Virus record (IMG/VR): IMGVR_UViG_3300042010_000106
Coordinates: 62,001-126,000 of that record
Strand: one strand, 5' to 3'
Length of the DNA stretch: 64,000 nt
Shown here: positions 36,384-46,184 of the stretch, in pieces
Layout: each line of letters starts with the position of its first letter
Position numbering within the stretch: the stretch's first letter is position 1
Notes under the pieces: generated by a model
What the model saw: the letters and a program-made list of their open reading frames with translations, nothing else
What the model was told of the DNA's origin: nothing
Databases searched by the model: none
Translations under genes and position numbers: made by a program

Positions 36384-36887
36384 ATGTCGATTACTTCTGA
36401 AACTTTGCTGACTATCGAAGAACGTACCCTTGTCGGTATGTCGCTGCTGCACGACATCGTGAACGCACGCGAATACGTAACCGATATTGCGCACGGTGTT
36501 TTCGACAAAGAATTGCGACTCGGTTTGTTCTACGCAATTCACGACCGCTATGCCACCAATGCCGAAGAATGCAGCACGCCATTGATCGACAATCAGATGG
36601 ATGTTTTCAAACTCAAGGCCGCTGGCATTTCGCACGACCAACAACGCACGGAATCCCTGTTCGCTGCACTGGACGCATACGACCGTCGTATGGTGGGCCG
36701 TAACGGCAAAGGTGGTGCACCGGATCAACAGGCCCGCGTGATGGAAATGCGCCGCAAAGAATTCGTTGCACAAACGCAGCCGCACGCCGAAGGCACAGTG
36801 AAAGAAATTGCTGCGAAATACAACCTGTCGCTTTCCGAAGTTCGTCGCCGTAAAGCTGCTGGTATTCCGTTCAATCAGGAAGCGTAA
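36384..36887 (+). CDS. protein with C-terminal HTH
   Basis: GTVKEIAAKYNLSLSEVRRRKAAG. Confidence 0.65.
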   Translation: MSITSETLLTIEERTLVGMSLLHDIVNAREYVTDIAHGVFDKELRLGLFYAIHDRYATNAEECSTPLIDNQMDVFKLKAAGISHDQQRTESLFAALDAYDRRMVGRNGKGGAPDQQARVMEMRRKEFVAQTQPHAEGTVKEIAAKYNLSLSEVRRRKAAGIPFNQEA

Positions 36888-36888
36888 A

Positions 36889-37170
36889 ATGGAACAGTAC
36901 GCCATTGCATTTGCTGTGACATTTACGTCTGTGTTTCTCAAAGGGATTCAGCACAAAAATGTTCAGCACGATATGATTTGGTCTATCGGCGCCACAAGCT
37001 TTTGCATGGCGGCACTGGACTTTGCAATCATCAAATTCATTGCAGGCACCACAACGTGGACAATGGTTTTCGCGTGTGGTGCAGGCGGGGCTTTCGGTAT
37101 GATGTCTGCCGTGGTCGCCCATAAACGTTGGATCATGAGGAAAAAGAAAAGTGTTGTCATTTCTGGTTAA
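36889..37170 (+). CDS. 3-TM membrane protein, paralog of 42123-42509
   Basis: VFLKGIQHKNV...GGAFGMMSAVVAHKR. Confidence 0.7.
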   Translation: MEQYAIAFAVTFTSVFLKGIQHKNVQHDMIWSIGATSFCMAALDFAIIKFIAGTTTWTMVFACGAGGAFGMMSAVVAHKRWIMRKKKSVVISG

Positions 37171-37483
37171 AGCTTATGTGGTTCTAGGTTTTTCGTGGGC
37201 GCTGCTGAAGATTTATTTCGAATGCTGCAACATGCGTGACGCCATACACGGAAAGCGGGTGGTTCTGTACGGTATGACGCAAGCGCACGCAGAAGCCCGT
37301 GTGCAAATGTTCAAACGTTTTGTGGTGACTGTACAGCGCAACTATCTGCCTGCACCTGTCGTGTGCATGGTCATTGCGGTGACGGTTGTTTGTTTCTCGT
37401 TGTGGCAAGGCGTTATCTGGCCGCGTTCGGTGTGGCGCCTGTATCATTACAAAGGCCGTGCAATTGTGGAGGCTACAAAATGA
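37151..37483 (+). CDS. membrane protein
   Basis: two hydrophobic segments, IWP motif. Confidence 0.6.
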   Translation: MLSFLVKAYVVLGFSWALLKIYFECCNMRDAIHGKRVVLYGMTQAHAEARVQMFKRFVVTVQRNYLPAPVVCMVIAVTVVCFSLWQGVIWPRSVWRLYHYKGRAIVEATK

Positions 37484-38001
37484 ACGTCGATTATCAAGAT
37501 AGCGATAGCATTTCCCGTGCGCTGGAAGACGCAAACGCACTGGTAAATAATCTTTCCGTAATTGCACAGGCAGGTATCGGTTTAACGCCGAAGCAATATC
37601 GCCTGCTTTCCGAAATGGTTCCGTCGCTGAATCGTCTGCGTTCTGTTCACGTGAAAGACTGCGTGATCAACAATCGCAAAACGTCTGTAGAACTGGAAAC
37701 GATGTGGAACGTACCGAAAGATTGGGTAAGCACGTTCAAGGCGATTCACGTTCCGCATAAACGCTATCGCTACATCGGTATAGATTTAAATATTTACGCT
37801 GGCACCAATTACATAGCGTTCGACAGCGAAGGCACCATTTGGGCGTTTGGTATCAAGCCAGAAATCATCGACGGCATTTGGCAAAGTCGCGGTGACAGTT
37901 ACGAACTTACACGAATCCAAGCCGTGCCGCGTGAGGATTGGGCAAGCTCATTGCGTGCGGTCGCTGACTTGGAAGAGGTTGTGCACCATGACTACCCATA
38001 A
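37480..38001 (+). CDS. hypothetical protein; C-domain duplicated in next gene
   Basis: GTNYIAFDSEG...FGIKPEI...W..SLRAVADLEEV. Confidence 0.7.
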   Translation: MNVDYQDSDSISRALEDANALVNNLSVIAQAGIGLTPKQYRLLSEMVPSLNRLRSVHVKDCVINNRKTSVELETMWNVPKDWVSTFKAIHVPHKRYRYIGIDLNIYAGTNYIAFDSEGTIWAFGIKPEIIDGIWQSRGDSYELTRIQAVPREDWASSLRAVADLEEVVHHDYP

Positions 38002-38236
38002 GCGTGTGGTTTACATGAACGCAATTATCACGATTCCGCCCGGTACAAAATATCTGGCGCATGACAAAAACCGAATCGTAAAAGCGTTCGGCACTGAACC
38101 TAAAATCGGTGCGCACGGTTGGGTTGTTCGTGAAGGCTTCAGTCAGGAGGTTGCGAAAATCCTGATTGACGATCCGCAATACTGGCTGCACTCGAAACGT
38201 GCTGTAGCAGATTTGCAGGAAGTGAAAGATGCCTGA
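37988..38236 (+). CDS. hypothetical protein, tandem paralog of upstream C-domain
   Basis: GTKYLAHDKNR...FGTEPKI...W..SKRAVADLQEV. Confidence 0.7.
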   Translation: MTTHKRVVYMNAIITIPPGTKYLAHDKNRIVKAFGTEPKIGAHGWVVREGFSQEVAKILIDDPQYWLHSKRAVADLQEVKDA

Positions 38237-38489
38237 ATATGACGCACGTTTGTTGAAGCGCAGAAACCGCACACAGCGCCGCGTAGACGAAGATCGCAAC
38301 CACGTGCGTGCAATGGTCAAAGCGTTGAATGAAAAGACGCGGTTAGAAATCGCGTTGATCAAGTACCTTGAGAAAAAGGGTGTGAGTGTCGAGGAAACTA
38401 GGGCCGCGCTGGAAAGTGTAAAGACAGCTCAAGCCGATGAACACTTTCACCTTTTGTGGAACCTGTTGGAGAAACCGTATGTCACCTGA
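38229..38489 (+). CDS. basic hypothetical protein
   Basis: packed ORF. Confidence 0.6.
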   Translation: MPEYDARLLKRRNRTQRRVDEDRNHVRAMVKALNEKTRLEIALIKYLEKKGVSVEETRAALESVKTAQADEHFHLLWNLLEKPYVT

Positions 38490-38718
38490 TGAACTGAAAG
38501 ATTTCGACAAGAAGCGCGCAATCACATGGCCGGACGATTGCATTAGCCTGTGTAAGCAAGCCTCGGAGTTGTACGCAACGCGTGGCCGTCCAATCCGTTT
38601 TGATGTTCTGAACGATGTAGAAAAACAGGACATTGAAAATACCATGAAACGTTTGTACCCAGCCGTACCGTTTCACTTCACGCTGTCGGATGAAATGCCA
38701 GAAGAGGCGTATTGAGTC

Positions 38719-39243
38719 ATGGACATCCTGAACAGTTTGGTAAGTTTTGAACGCCTACGCGATTTCGTAGAAAAATACGAAGGGCAAAAAGGCGTGGCGC
38801 GTATCGTACAGAAACTCGGTATGTGTGACGACATGTGTTTGGTCTTTCTGAAAAACGAACACCGCTACCATCATTTGGAAATCAGCAGTAGCCAAATCTT
38901 GGAACTGTCACACACGGTGCCCGGTCTTCAGTATCGTGCGCCGGGTTTCGAAAACGAACCGCTGCATTATCACAGTGACCGCGTGAAAGCATACGTTATG
39001 ACACACGGTTATTACGTGTGGGGATCAGGCAACGATTTTGCTGAATGGGTTTGTTTTGTTCGTGCCGATGAACTGGACGATACCGCTACTCATTACAGCG
39101 TGCCTCAAGATACCATTGACATGTTTTTGCGAAAGCCGCGCTGCATGACGCACGGATATAAAGGTGCGAGAACGGGAAGAACAAGTGCAAAAATGCCGTT
39201 TGTTCCTCCCGGTAGTGAAGCGAACAAGGATTCTGACCAATGA
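38719..39243 (+). CDS. hypothetical protein
   Basis: GAGG RBS. Confidence 0.65.
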   Translation: MDILNSLVSFERLRDFVEKYEGQKGVARIVQKLGMCDDMCLVFLKNEHRYHHLEISSSQILELSHTVPGLQYRAPGFENEPLHYHSDRVKAYVMTHGYYVWGSGNDFAEWVCFVRADELDDTATHYSVPQDTIDMFLRKPRCMTHGYKGARTGRTSAKMPFVPPGSEANKDSDQ

Positions 39244-39509
39244 TTCGTGTTGACCCACCAAAAGTAGAAGCAGCCGATACGTCTGAGTGGACTGACGCAG
39301 ATTGGAATCGTGCAATGCTTGAAACGGCAATGCAGATTGAAGCGGAAAAACAATCTGGTTTCATCAAAGATCCAGACTACGTACCAAACACCAATGGATG
39401 TACACACCCTGCGCATAACATTCGTGGGATCGTAGTCATTCCGCGTGGTAAGTTGTACCGCCACGTTTGCCCCGGCTGCAAAGAAACCTCTTACTGGAAG
39501 CCCTACTAA
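39240..39509 (+). CDS. small Zn-binding protein (CxHPxH...HxCPGC)
   Basis: CTHPAHN...YRHVCPGC. Confidence 0.6.
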   Translation: MIRVDPPKVEAADTSEWTDADWNRAMLETAMQIEAEKQSGFIKDPDYVPNTNGCTHPAHNIRGIVVIPRGKLYRHVCPGCKETSYWKPY

Positions 39510-39874
39510 TGGAACAGGAATTGCAACGCCCGCAAATTCTGCGCGTGAATAAAGAAGATTATATTCACGGAACTTTGGCCGGTACGTTCGACCTCAACAA
39601 GCTTGCGAAATACACGCACGTTGTGTGCCGGTCTACTGACTACTACGGCCAGACGTACAGGCAGTTGGATCATCACGAAACGTTTGAAACCATTTACATG
39701 GAATACGAAAATCCCAACGGCACGCTGGAACTGTCGATTTCGTTTGAACTGACTGACGAATTCATTTTGTTTTTCTCGCACGAAGCGTACGTGGAAATTC
39801 AAAAGGCTGATGGTTGGTTCGACATTTCGCAGCACTGCCGTTTCAAGGAGAATCCATGCTATCGCCCGCAATGA
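39509..39874 (+). CDS. hypothetical protein
   Basis: TAATG coupling. Confidence 0.6.
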   Translation: MEQELQRPQILRVNKEDYIHGTLAGTFDLNKLAKYTHVVCRSTDYYGQTYRQLDHHETFETIYMEYENPNGTLELSISFELTDEFILFFSHEAYVEIQKADGWFDISQHCRFKENPCYRPQ

Positions 39875-40107
39875 AAATTCCAGCAATCGCGTGGAAATGT
39901 GTTTCTGAAAACTCCACGTTGTTTGCGAGCATTATTTTGCTGAGCCACAACCTGCTTTGGTGTTTCCATAAGCCTACCGTTTTCACGACGGTGACATACT
40001 GCGCCGCAGCTACTTTGTTGGCACACCTTGCAACGCGCAAGTGTCTTATGTGGGCATGGCTCTTACTGATGCTGGTTGTTGGCTCAATTCATTCTGCATA
40101 TATCTGA
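39856..40107 (+). CDS. small 3-TM membrane protein
   Basis: AAGGAG RBS; hydrophobic; resembles 40120, 43803, 44018. Confidence 0.6.
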   Translation: MLSPAMKIPAIAWKCVSENSTLFASIILLSHNLLWCFHKPTVFTTVTYCAAATLLAHLATRKCLMWAWLLLMLVVGSIHSAYI

Positions 40108-40119
40108 TAGGGAAATCCC

Positions 40120-40383
40120 ATGGCTTTCGTAAAACGTAATTGGTTTTTGTTCTGCGTCATTTCCGGCCTCGCTATCACCACCGCGAAGATTATTGTTGGC
40201 CCGAGCGTGTTCCTGCAAGTTTGCTACCTCGCCACGTTGGTTCTGGCACCTGCTTTTATCGCCAATCGTTGGTTGGTGACTGTGTGCATCGCGTGTGCAC
40301 TTTTGTCAGCGGCTGTTCACATGCACATGGATTTAGAAAATCGTGTCGTTGTCGTGACTGTCAAAACAATTTCTGGAGAATGA
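40120..40383 (+). CDS. small 3-TM membrane protein
   Basis: hydrophobic; ANRWLVTVCIAC. Confidence 0.65.
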   Translation: MAFVKRNWFLFCVISGLAITTAKIIVGPSVFLQVCYLATLVLAPAFIANRWLVTVCIACALLSAAVHMHMDLENRVVVVTVKTISGE

Positions 40384-40384
40384 A

Positions 40385-41368
40385 ATGAAAATCGTGACTT
40401 CTGCTGATTCGTTGAACGCTGTTGAATCCATGGTGCGGATGCTGGAAGAACGCGAATGGGCAGAGCATGCAGGCGTGTGTCCTTTGACGCAGCGTCTGGA
40501 AACTTGCATCACCACAATGCACAACGAAATTGCTACAAAGAATGTCGAGTGCGAAAACTACGAACGTGACAACGCACAGGCCGTTGATTTCCTCGGCGGT
40601 CAACGTGATGGCCTTGGCGATTTGTGCAGCCAGTACCGCGACGAAATCTGGCGTTTGCGCGACGGTATCAATTCCCTGTTGAATGGCATTACGCTTGGCT
40701 CAACGGAAACCACGTTGGTTGCACTGCGTGATTTAGCAACGTCGAATATTCAGTGCTGCCCGCCGTTGCCCGGTCAAGTGGTTGTTGGTATGAACGTCCG
40801 TTCGTTTGTGGAGCGCTACGCAAATGCGTTCGACGCGCTGATTGACGATCCGGCAGAACGTGAAGACTTGAAAGAGCGTTCGCGTATCATGCGAGTTATC
40901 CGTAACGCAGTCACCGAACGTTACGGCAAGAAAGAATATACGTGGCTCACTAACACCCTCGGTTTTTCGCAAACTATTTGGCAAGCGTTGTACGAAGGAC
41001 ACATCGACGAATTGGAGCTGGACACCCTGACAAGAATTGCAGAACTGTTGGGCATTCCGACCGATGAAAGTTTGAAGCCGATTCATCCTCACGAATTGAT
41101 TGAAGACGAAAACGATCTGGCCCGCATCGCGCACGAATGGGCACGGGCAATTGTTGTGCATGCACGTGCCATGAATCAAACTGGTGTGGCTGAGCGTTAC
41201 ATGGTTCCGCAATTTCGTGAGCGTTTCAAAATCACCACGGAAGAATGGTTGATTCTGGAAGTGATGCACAGACAATCGTGGGCAACTGACGCGTTGTCGA
41301 TTTCGCGCCTGATTCAAATTGCAAACGATGGTGGTGTGAACCTTCCTGTAATTGATCTGGACAAATAA
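40385..41368 (+). CDS. multi-domain protein with one or two C-terminal XRE/HigA2-like HTH domains
   Basis: RSRIMRVIRNAV...LGFSQTIWQALYEGHIDELELDTLTRIAELLG; a second, weaker unit ending LSISRLIQIANDGG. Confidence 0.6.
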   Translation: MKIVTSADSLNAVESMVRMLEEREWAEHAGVCPLTQRLETCITTMHNEIATKNVECENYERDNAQAVDFLGGQRDGLGDLCSQYRDEIWRLRDGINSLLNGITLGSTETTLVALRDLATSNIQCCPPLPGQVVVGMNVRSFVERYANAFDALIDDPAEREDLKERSRIMRVIRNAVTERYGKKEYTWLTNTLGFSQTIWQALYEGHIDELELDTLTRIAELLGIPTDESLKPIHPHELIEDENDLARIAHEWARAIVVHARAMNQTGVAERYMVPQFRERFKITTEEWLILEVMHRQSWATDALSISRLIQIANDGGVNLPVIDLDK

Positions 41369-41370
41369 CC

Positions 41371-41700
41371 ATGAAGCCTAGCAAATACGTAATCGCGTGC
41401 GGTGGTGTGCTGGCTGTATTTGCGGCCCTAGCTTTGTGGGGCCTTTCCGCCAGTATCGGGCGACTCAACGCAGCATCGAACGCAACGAACCTTGCACAGA
41501 ATGAAGCGGTGCCTGAAGTCGTGGTTATTTCAACGTTCTTTTCTGGCGAGATTCGCGGCCAGTCGTTCTACGTGAAAAGCACCGACAAGCTTTGTCACCT
41601 GACCACAACAAACGTTTTGATTTCCGGCGCGCTCGACTGCAAACAACCTTCGATGACTGACTATCGCAAGATCGCTGCTGTCGTCGGTATCAAACTGTAA
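41371..41700 (+). CDS. membrane-anchored/secreted protein
   Basis: N-terminal TM, two Cys. Confidence 0.65.
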   Translation: MKPSKYVIACGGVLAVFAALALWGLSASIGRLNAASNATNLAQNEAVPEVVVISTFFSGEIRGQSFYVKSTDKLCHLTTTNVLISGALDCKQPSMTDYRKIAAVVGIKL

Positions 41701-41709
41701 AGGTGATAC

Positions 41710-42114
41710 ATGTTCCGTGATAAAGAACTCGACGCACACCACAAACGTCGGTTGAATGCGTTTGTCGGTGACTTCGAAAACACAATCAAAAATGAAGCCG
41801 TGCATCCTGCCACACGTTTGAAAGAACTCGACCGTATCTATCGTGAATTGGAAAAGGTTCGCGATGAACGTGTTTCGGTTCTCGACAAACTACAAGGTAA
41901 CGGCGACCGTGGCCCGCGTGGAGAATATTACTTCCCCACTGTGCAGCATGCAGTGAACGGCATTCGTAATATGCGAAACAAGATCATCGACATCAACCAA
42001 GAAATTGCGTTGGAAGAAATCAGAGTCAAACGTCGTACGTACAACCAGTTTGTGGAAGACGAAATAAACGACATCTGCTCTAGCTACAAAATTGAGGGCT
42101 TGAAAACTCTCTAG
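41710..42114 (+). CDS. hypothetical coiled-coil protein
   Basis: AGGTGA RBS. Confidence 0.65.
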   Translation: MFRDKELDAHHKRRLNAFVGDFENTIKNEAVHPATRLKELDRIYRELEKVRDERVSVLDKLQGNGDRGPRGEYYFPTVQHAVNGIRNMRNKIIDINQEIALEEIRVKRRTYNQFVEDEINDICSSYKIEGLKTL

Positions 42115-42122
42115 GAGACTCA

Positions 42123-42509
42123 ATGGAAATATTCGCGCCATACACACATTTGCTGTACGTGGTCGGCACTGTGCTGGCGCTATTCACCACAACATTTTTG
42201 CGTGGGTTTCAAAGTCGTAACGTTGCAGGCGGGCACAAACGTCTAGCCTTCGTTTTCGGTACGGCGATGAACCTGTGCGACCTTTCGATCATCGTTATGG
42301 TTGCCGCAAATCCAAGCGTTTATGTTTTGCTGTTCGGTAGCGTTTCCAGTGGCCTCGGTTGGGTTGCTGGTATGATTGCTCACGAACGCTTGATGCGTGC
42401 ACGCACAGAACGCGAGCGCATCGAAAAGAAACAGAAGCGCAAAAAACAAATTCGCAGTTTGGCTAAAGACGAAATCGACGCTCGCCTAAAGGAACATGGA
42501 CTTTTATGA
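42123..42509 (+). CDS. 3-TM membrane protein with basic tail, paralog of 36889-37170
   Basis: TFLRGFQSRNV...SSGLGWVAGMIAHER. Confidence 0.7.
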   Translation: MEIFAPYTHLLYVVGTVLALFTTTFLRGFQSRNVAGGHKRLAFVFGTAMNLCDLSIIVMVAANPSVYVLLFGSVSSGLGWVAGMIAHERLMRARTERERIEKKQKRKKQIRSLAKDEIDARLKEHGLL

Positions 42510-43216
42510 CTGACGTAAAAATTCAATACCCCACGCTGTTTCGTGTGGTCACGTCTGCTGACGATTTACTCGACGACAATGAAAGCTCCAAACTTCAGTA
42601 TGTAATGAATGCTGAATTCCGGGGCCAGATGGTTACGAAACAGCGCGTACTGAAAGCTTTCATTTCCAGCATGCACGAAGCGGTGATCAGCAACAATCGT
42701 CACCACGGCAGTTTTGGTTTCGGCAGTAGCTTTAGTTGGCTACGTGGTTTGAGCCGTGCCGCCCGTGACGAACTGTACGAACGTAACGTAAATGTTGTGA
42801 GCCTGCATCCCGGTTTAGGCCCGATGTGTAGCAGCCACGTTGTGCGCGAAGACATCCATTTGATCAACCTTGTTTCCATGGTTACGGTTGTGGAACATTT
42901 GGTAGGCATTTTAGACAGCCAACATTTCCGTGACGGTATGCTTAATGGGCATCCGTACGATTGGGTACTAGCTGTCGTTGATGATGCTTTGCTTCGTGCG
43001 CTGTATTTCTTGCAAAGCCACCATTTGGTTTCACCTACGGGCGTGATCAACAAGTTTGAATTTGTACGCAACGAAGACAACCATATGGCTTTGACCATTG
43101 GCGGTCTGTACGTACTGATTCAAGTGGACAAATATTTGCAAGTGCACATTACGTACGATCAACGCACACGCGGAATGGTGTGGGATAACTACGGCGCCGA
43201 TTTCGTTTACGCTTGA
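42506..43216 (+). CDS. hypothetical protein
   Basis: ATGA overlap. Confidence 0.7.
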   Translation: MTDVKIQYPTLFRVVTSADDLLDDNESSKLQYVMNAEFRGQMVTKQRVLKAFISSMHEAVISNNRHHGSFGFGSSFSWLRGLSRAARDELYERNVNVVSLHPGLGPMCSSHVVREDIHLINLVSMVTVVEHLVGILDSQHFRDGMLNGHPYDWVLAVVDDALLRALYFLQSHHLVSPTGVINKFEFVRNEDNHMALTIGGLYVLIQVDKYLQVHITYDQRTRGMVWDNYGADFVYA

Positions 43217-43253
43217 TCGCAGTTCACAATTCAAATTCAGTAAGGGCTAAAAT

Positions 43254-43703
43254 ATGACTCTCCAAGTTCGCGAATGCAGTGGTTGTGTAATCCTCAACGA
43301 AGCAGCCACCGAAGTTTATTTGGTCACGTCTTCGAAAGATCGCACCAAGTGGGTTTTTCCAAAGGGCGGAATCGAAGCCGGTTTGACCGCTGAAGAAAAT
43401 GCGCAAAAGGAAACCCGCGAAGAAGCAGGCGTAGCCGTTACGATTGTGCAGAAGCTGGATACGCAAGATTCCGAACGCGACCACCACGACGACAATGCAG
43501 AACCCGGCCCATACATTTCCCGCGATACGTATTTCCTCGCTCACTTCCTTTCGTTCGTGGATTGGGAAGAGTACACAAAGCGCAATCGCGGTTGGATCAA
43601 GGTAAGCGAAGCGCAAGCCTTGCTTAATGGGCGTGGCGGTAACGTTTTGGAACTCGCCATTGCTGCGCAGAAGGCTATCACCGCAGGGGCTAACCCCTTG
43701 TAA
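43254..43703 (+). CDS. Nudix hydrolase (DIPP/Aps1-like subfamily pattern)
   Basis: LVTSSK...WVFPKGGIEAGLTAEENAQKETREEAGV; DWEE...RxRxW. Confidence 0.85.
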   Translation: MTLQVRECSGCVILNEAATEVYLVTSSKDRTKWVFPKGGIEAGLTAEENAQKETREEAGVAVTIVQKLDTQDSERDHHDDNAEPGPYISRDTYFLAHFLSFVDWEEYTKRNRGWIKVSEAQALLNGRGGNVLELAIAAQKAITAGANPL

Positions 43704-43712
43704 GCCAAGGAC

Positions 43713-43749
43713 TTGACGCGCTGGGGTGATGCTGGCACTATGTATCACC
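43713..43749 (+). promoter_or_regulatory. candidate sigma70 promoter with overlapping palindromic operator
   Basis: TTGACG-17 nt-CACTAT; GGTGAT(43725)...ATCACC(43744) inverted repeat. Confidence 0.45.
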
Positions 43750-43802
43750 TCGGCACTCGGCTGCCTGTAATTCAGTCCCTCACGGATCTAAGGAAGTTTC
43801 CC

Positions 43803-44021
43803 ATGACGGCTACAACCCGTAACTACATGATCGCGCTGCTAACCTTGCTAGGCACTGCTGTACTGGTGCTGCAATCGTTTGGCGGTGAACACGTTTACCG
43901 TCTGACTATCGGCGGCTGCATCCTTATGGGTTGCGCTTACCGTATCGTCGATAATCGCGGGATGAAAATTGCCTGCGCCATTTGCATTGTCGTTCTAATC
44001 GTTCGGGGTGTACTCCAATGA
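43803..44021 (+). CDS. small 3-TM membrane protein
   Basis: TAAGGA RBS; VDNRGMKIACAIC. Confidence 0.65.
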   Translation: MTATTRNYMIALLTLLGTAVLVLQSFGGEHVYRLTIGGCILMGCAYRIVDNRGMKIACAICIVVLIVRGVLQ

Positions 44022-44275
44022 ACATAGGGACAATGAAAATTGATACGACGTTTCTAACCCGGCCCCATGCGTTTGTGGTGTACGGTCTGATTGTGCTGGC
44101 GTGTATCGTCGTGTTTGAACCTTCCTTACGTAATGCGTGTGTAGCGATTGCGTTGGTATTCGTCATTACCATGCTGACCCGCGTGGGGCAGAATTGCGAC
44201 AGGGCCACACGCACAATTGAGTTTTTGAATTGTGGGTTGTGCATCCTGCTGCTTATAGGGGTAATCCTGAAATGA
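44018..44275 (+). CDS. small 3-TM membrane protein
   Basis: ATGA overlap; hydrophobic. Confidence 0.6.
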   Translation: MNIGTMKIDTTFLTRPHAFVVYGLIVLACIVVFEPSLRNACVAIALVFVITMLTRVGQNCDRATRTIEFLNCGLCILLLIGVILK

Positions 44276-44519
44276 CTTTACGTGCGCTGTGGATGGCGTT
44301 TCTTTTCATGCTCATTGGTTATCGTGTTCGGCTGGCCTTTGATCGTCGGTTGAATTACGGGCCAATGAAAATTTATATCCACCTTGGCTTTATGGGCATC
44401 GAGCCTGTTAGCGTCATTGTGAAGAAAAACAGCTACACCGTTGTTAGCGAGAAAGAAACCGATTTCGTTAGCCGTCGTGCTACGTTTGTTAAAGCCCTTG
44501 TTGAACTGGAGAAATACTG

Positions 44520-44888
44520 ATGGAAATTATCTACAATGAAGAAATGGAATCTGCGATCAGTTTCGTACAATCGCAATTGCCGCGTCTCGGAAATTTCCGT
44601 GCGCTTGACGATTTCCTTGATGACCGTGAGGAAGGCGAAGAATACGAACCTACCGAAGTCACCCTGACCATTCAGGACATGGACAGCGCCGTTATCATCC
44701 TAGGCAAACAAATCGGCAAGCGTTCCAAATTGCTGAAAGATCCAACGCTGTACGAAAGCGTGTTGCCTCGCCTGCATTCGTACAACCTGCTTTTCAGTGT
44801 GATGATTGAAGCACTGGCGAAAGGCGAATCGCTGACGTTCATTGAAGAGCCAAGCGACATCGACCCGTCCGGCCCTTTGACCGTTTAA
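44520..44888 (+). CDS. acidic hypothetical protein
   Basis: TGATG coupling, GGAG RBS. Confidence 0.65.
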   Translation: MEIIYNEEMESAISFVQSQLPRLGNFRALDDFLDDREEGEEYEPTEVTLTIQDMDSAVIILGKQIGKRSKLLKDPTLYESVLPRLHSYNLLFSVMIEALAKGESLTFIEEPSDIDPSGPLTV

Positions 44889-44931
44889 TTCCCCGCTGTA
44901 AAAACCCAACTCCTAAAAAGGAAAGCATCAA

Positions 44932-45411
44932 ATGACTAACGCCGCCGTTCCACAAATCGCCGTCAAGCCTCTGAACAAATACGCGACCTCGCTGATGTCC
45001 GATCATCAAAGCGAAACTCTGTTGGGTTGCATGATGGCTGACCCGGAAAAGCTGGAAGCGCTGGATAAAGACATGCAGGAAAAACGCAATTTCCTGTGGA
45101 TGGTTTTCACCACGCGTGCAAAGTCTGTCGGTTTGAATCTGGAATTGAATCTGGTCGCGTTCGTGGTTTTCGGTCTGCTGAAAAACCCGGCACAGAGTAC
45201 GCAAGTCGTGCACGCCATTTATCACGATGCAAAACGCCGTGATACGCTTGGCACCGTCTACACGCTGAACGATTTCGTTATGATGTTCCCCAACGGTTTC
45301 CCAACCGAAGCGGCGTATGAATCGGCGTGGAACGAACAGAAGCGTGACAACACAGACGGTGGCCCTGACAACAAATTGGACACCGACCTTTTCGCCGCAG
45401 TTTGGCAATAA
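44932..45411 (+). CDS. conserved phage hypothetical protein
   Basis: FPNGFPTE...WNEQK...NKLD. Confidence 0.7.
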   Translation: MTNAAVPQIAVKPLNKYATSLMSDHQSETLLGCMMADPEKLEALDKDMQEKRNFLWMVFTTRAKSVGLNLELNLVAFVVFGLLKNPAQSTQVVHAIYHDAKRRDTLGTVYTLNDFVMMFPNGFPTEAAYESAWNEQKRDNTDGGPDNKLDTDLFAAVWQ

Positions 45412-45430
45412 TTGAAGTAAGGGAATACGC

Positions 45431-45733
45431 ATGGCACTCAAGTATCGCGATGGCGGCAAAGGCACACCGTTAGAAAGGACGCTCGGCAATAATTCTGCAA
45501 TGCGTTACGACTACCGTTTTGTTTTCAGTACCCGGAATGACAGCACGTTCACGAAATTAGAAGTGTTCGTGAAAGCACTGACCTTGGAAGAAGCTTTGTA
45601 TCTGGTGAAAACCAATCACAAAGATTTTTGGGTCATGCTGGAACAGGAATGTTTGGGGAAGAACCGCGATTGGCTTACTGGTGGCCGTGCGTATAAACCA
45701 AAATCACAAATTAAATCGGTAAGGGTGTGCTGA
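45431..45733 (+). CDS. hypothetical protein
   Basis: AAGGG RBS. Confidence 0.6.
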   Translation: MALKYRDGGKGTPLERTLGNNSAMRYDYRFVFSTRNDSTFTKLEVFVKALTLEEALYLVKTNHKDFWVMLEQECLGKNRDWLTGGRAYKPKSQIKSVRVC

Positions 45734-46184
45734 CCTAAACAATCGAGGTGCAAATGAGTTTGTTTGGTAAAGCAGAACTCCGCGTGCGCATTAAGGAAGA
45801 GGTTAGCTTTGCTGGCCCATTCATTTTCTGCGTGCAGGTTAAAGGTGGTGACTACGGTTGCCTTTTCTGGCGAACGTTGCCGGGTATGAATTCGATGGAA
45901 CACAACGACGCCTACAAGGTCGCCATAGACTTCGCCCTAAAACATAAATGCCGTTTTGTGCCGCGTTAAATGCGCTGCGCAATATGAGGGTTATAAAATG
46001 TACAGGTTCGGTCGTTTCAATACATTGATCAAATACAAGGGTGCCAGCCTGTTACGTTTTGGCGACCACATTACCAACAAAGCAAATTTCGTGTGGTGGT
46101 GGCCGGTGAATTGGGTTGTTCTGCCCATCGCTCAAATCGTGATTGACTACCGCCACACAATCCAAGAATTGGAGGATCAAAGAA

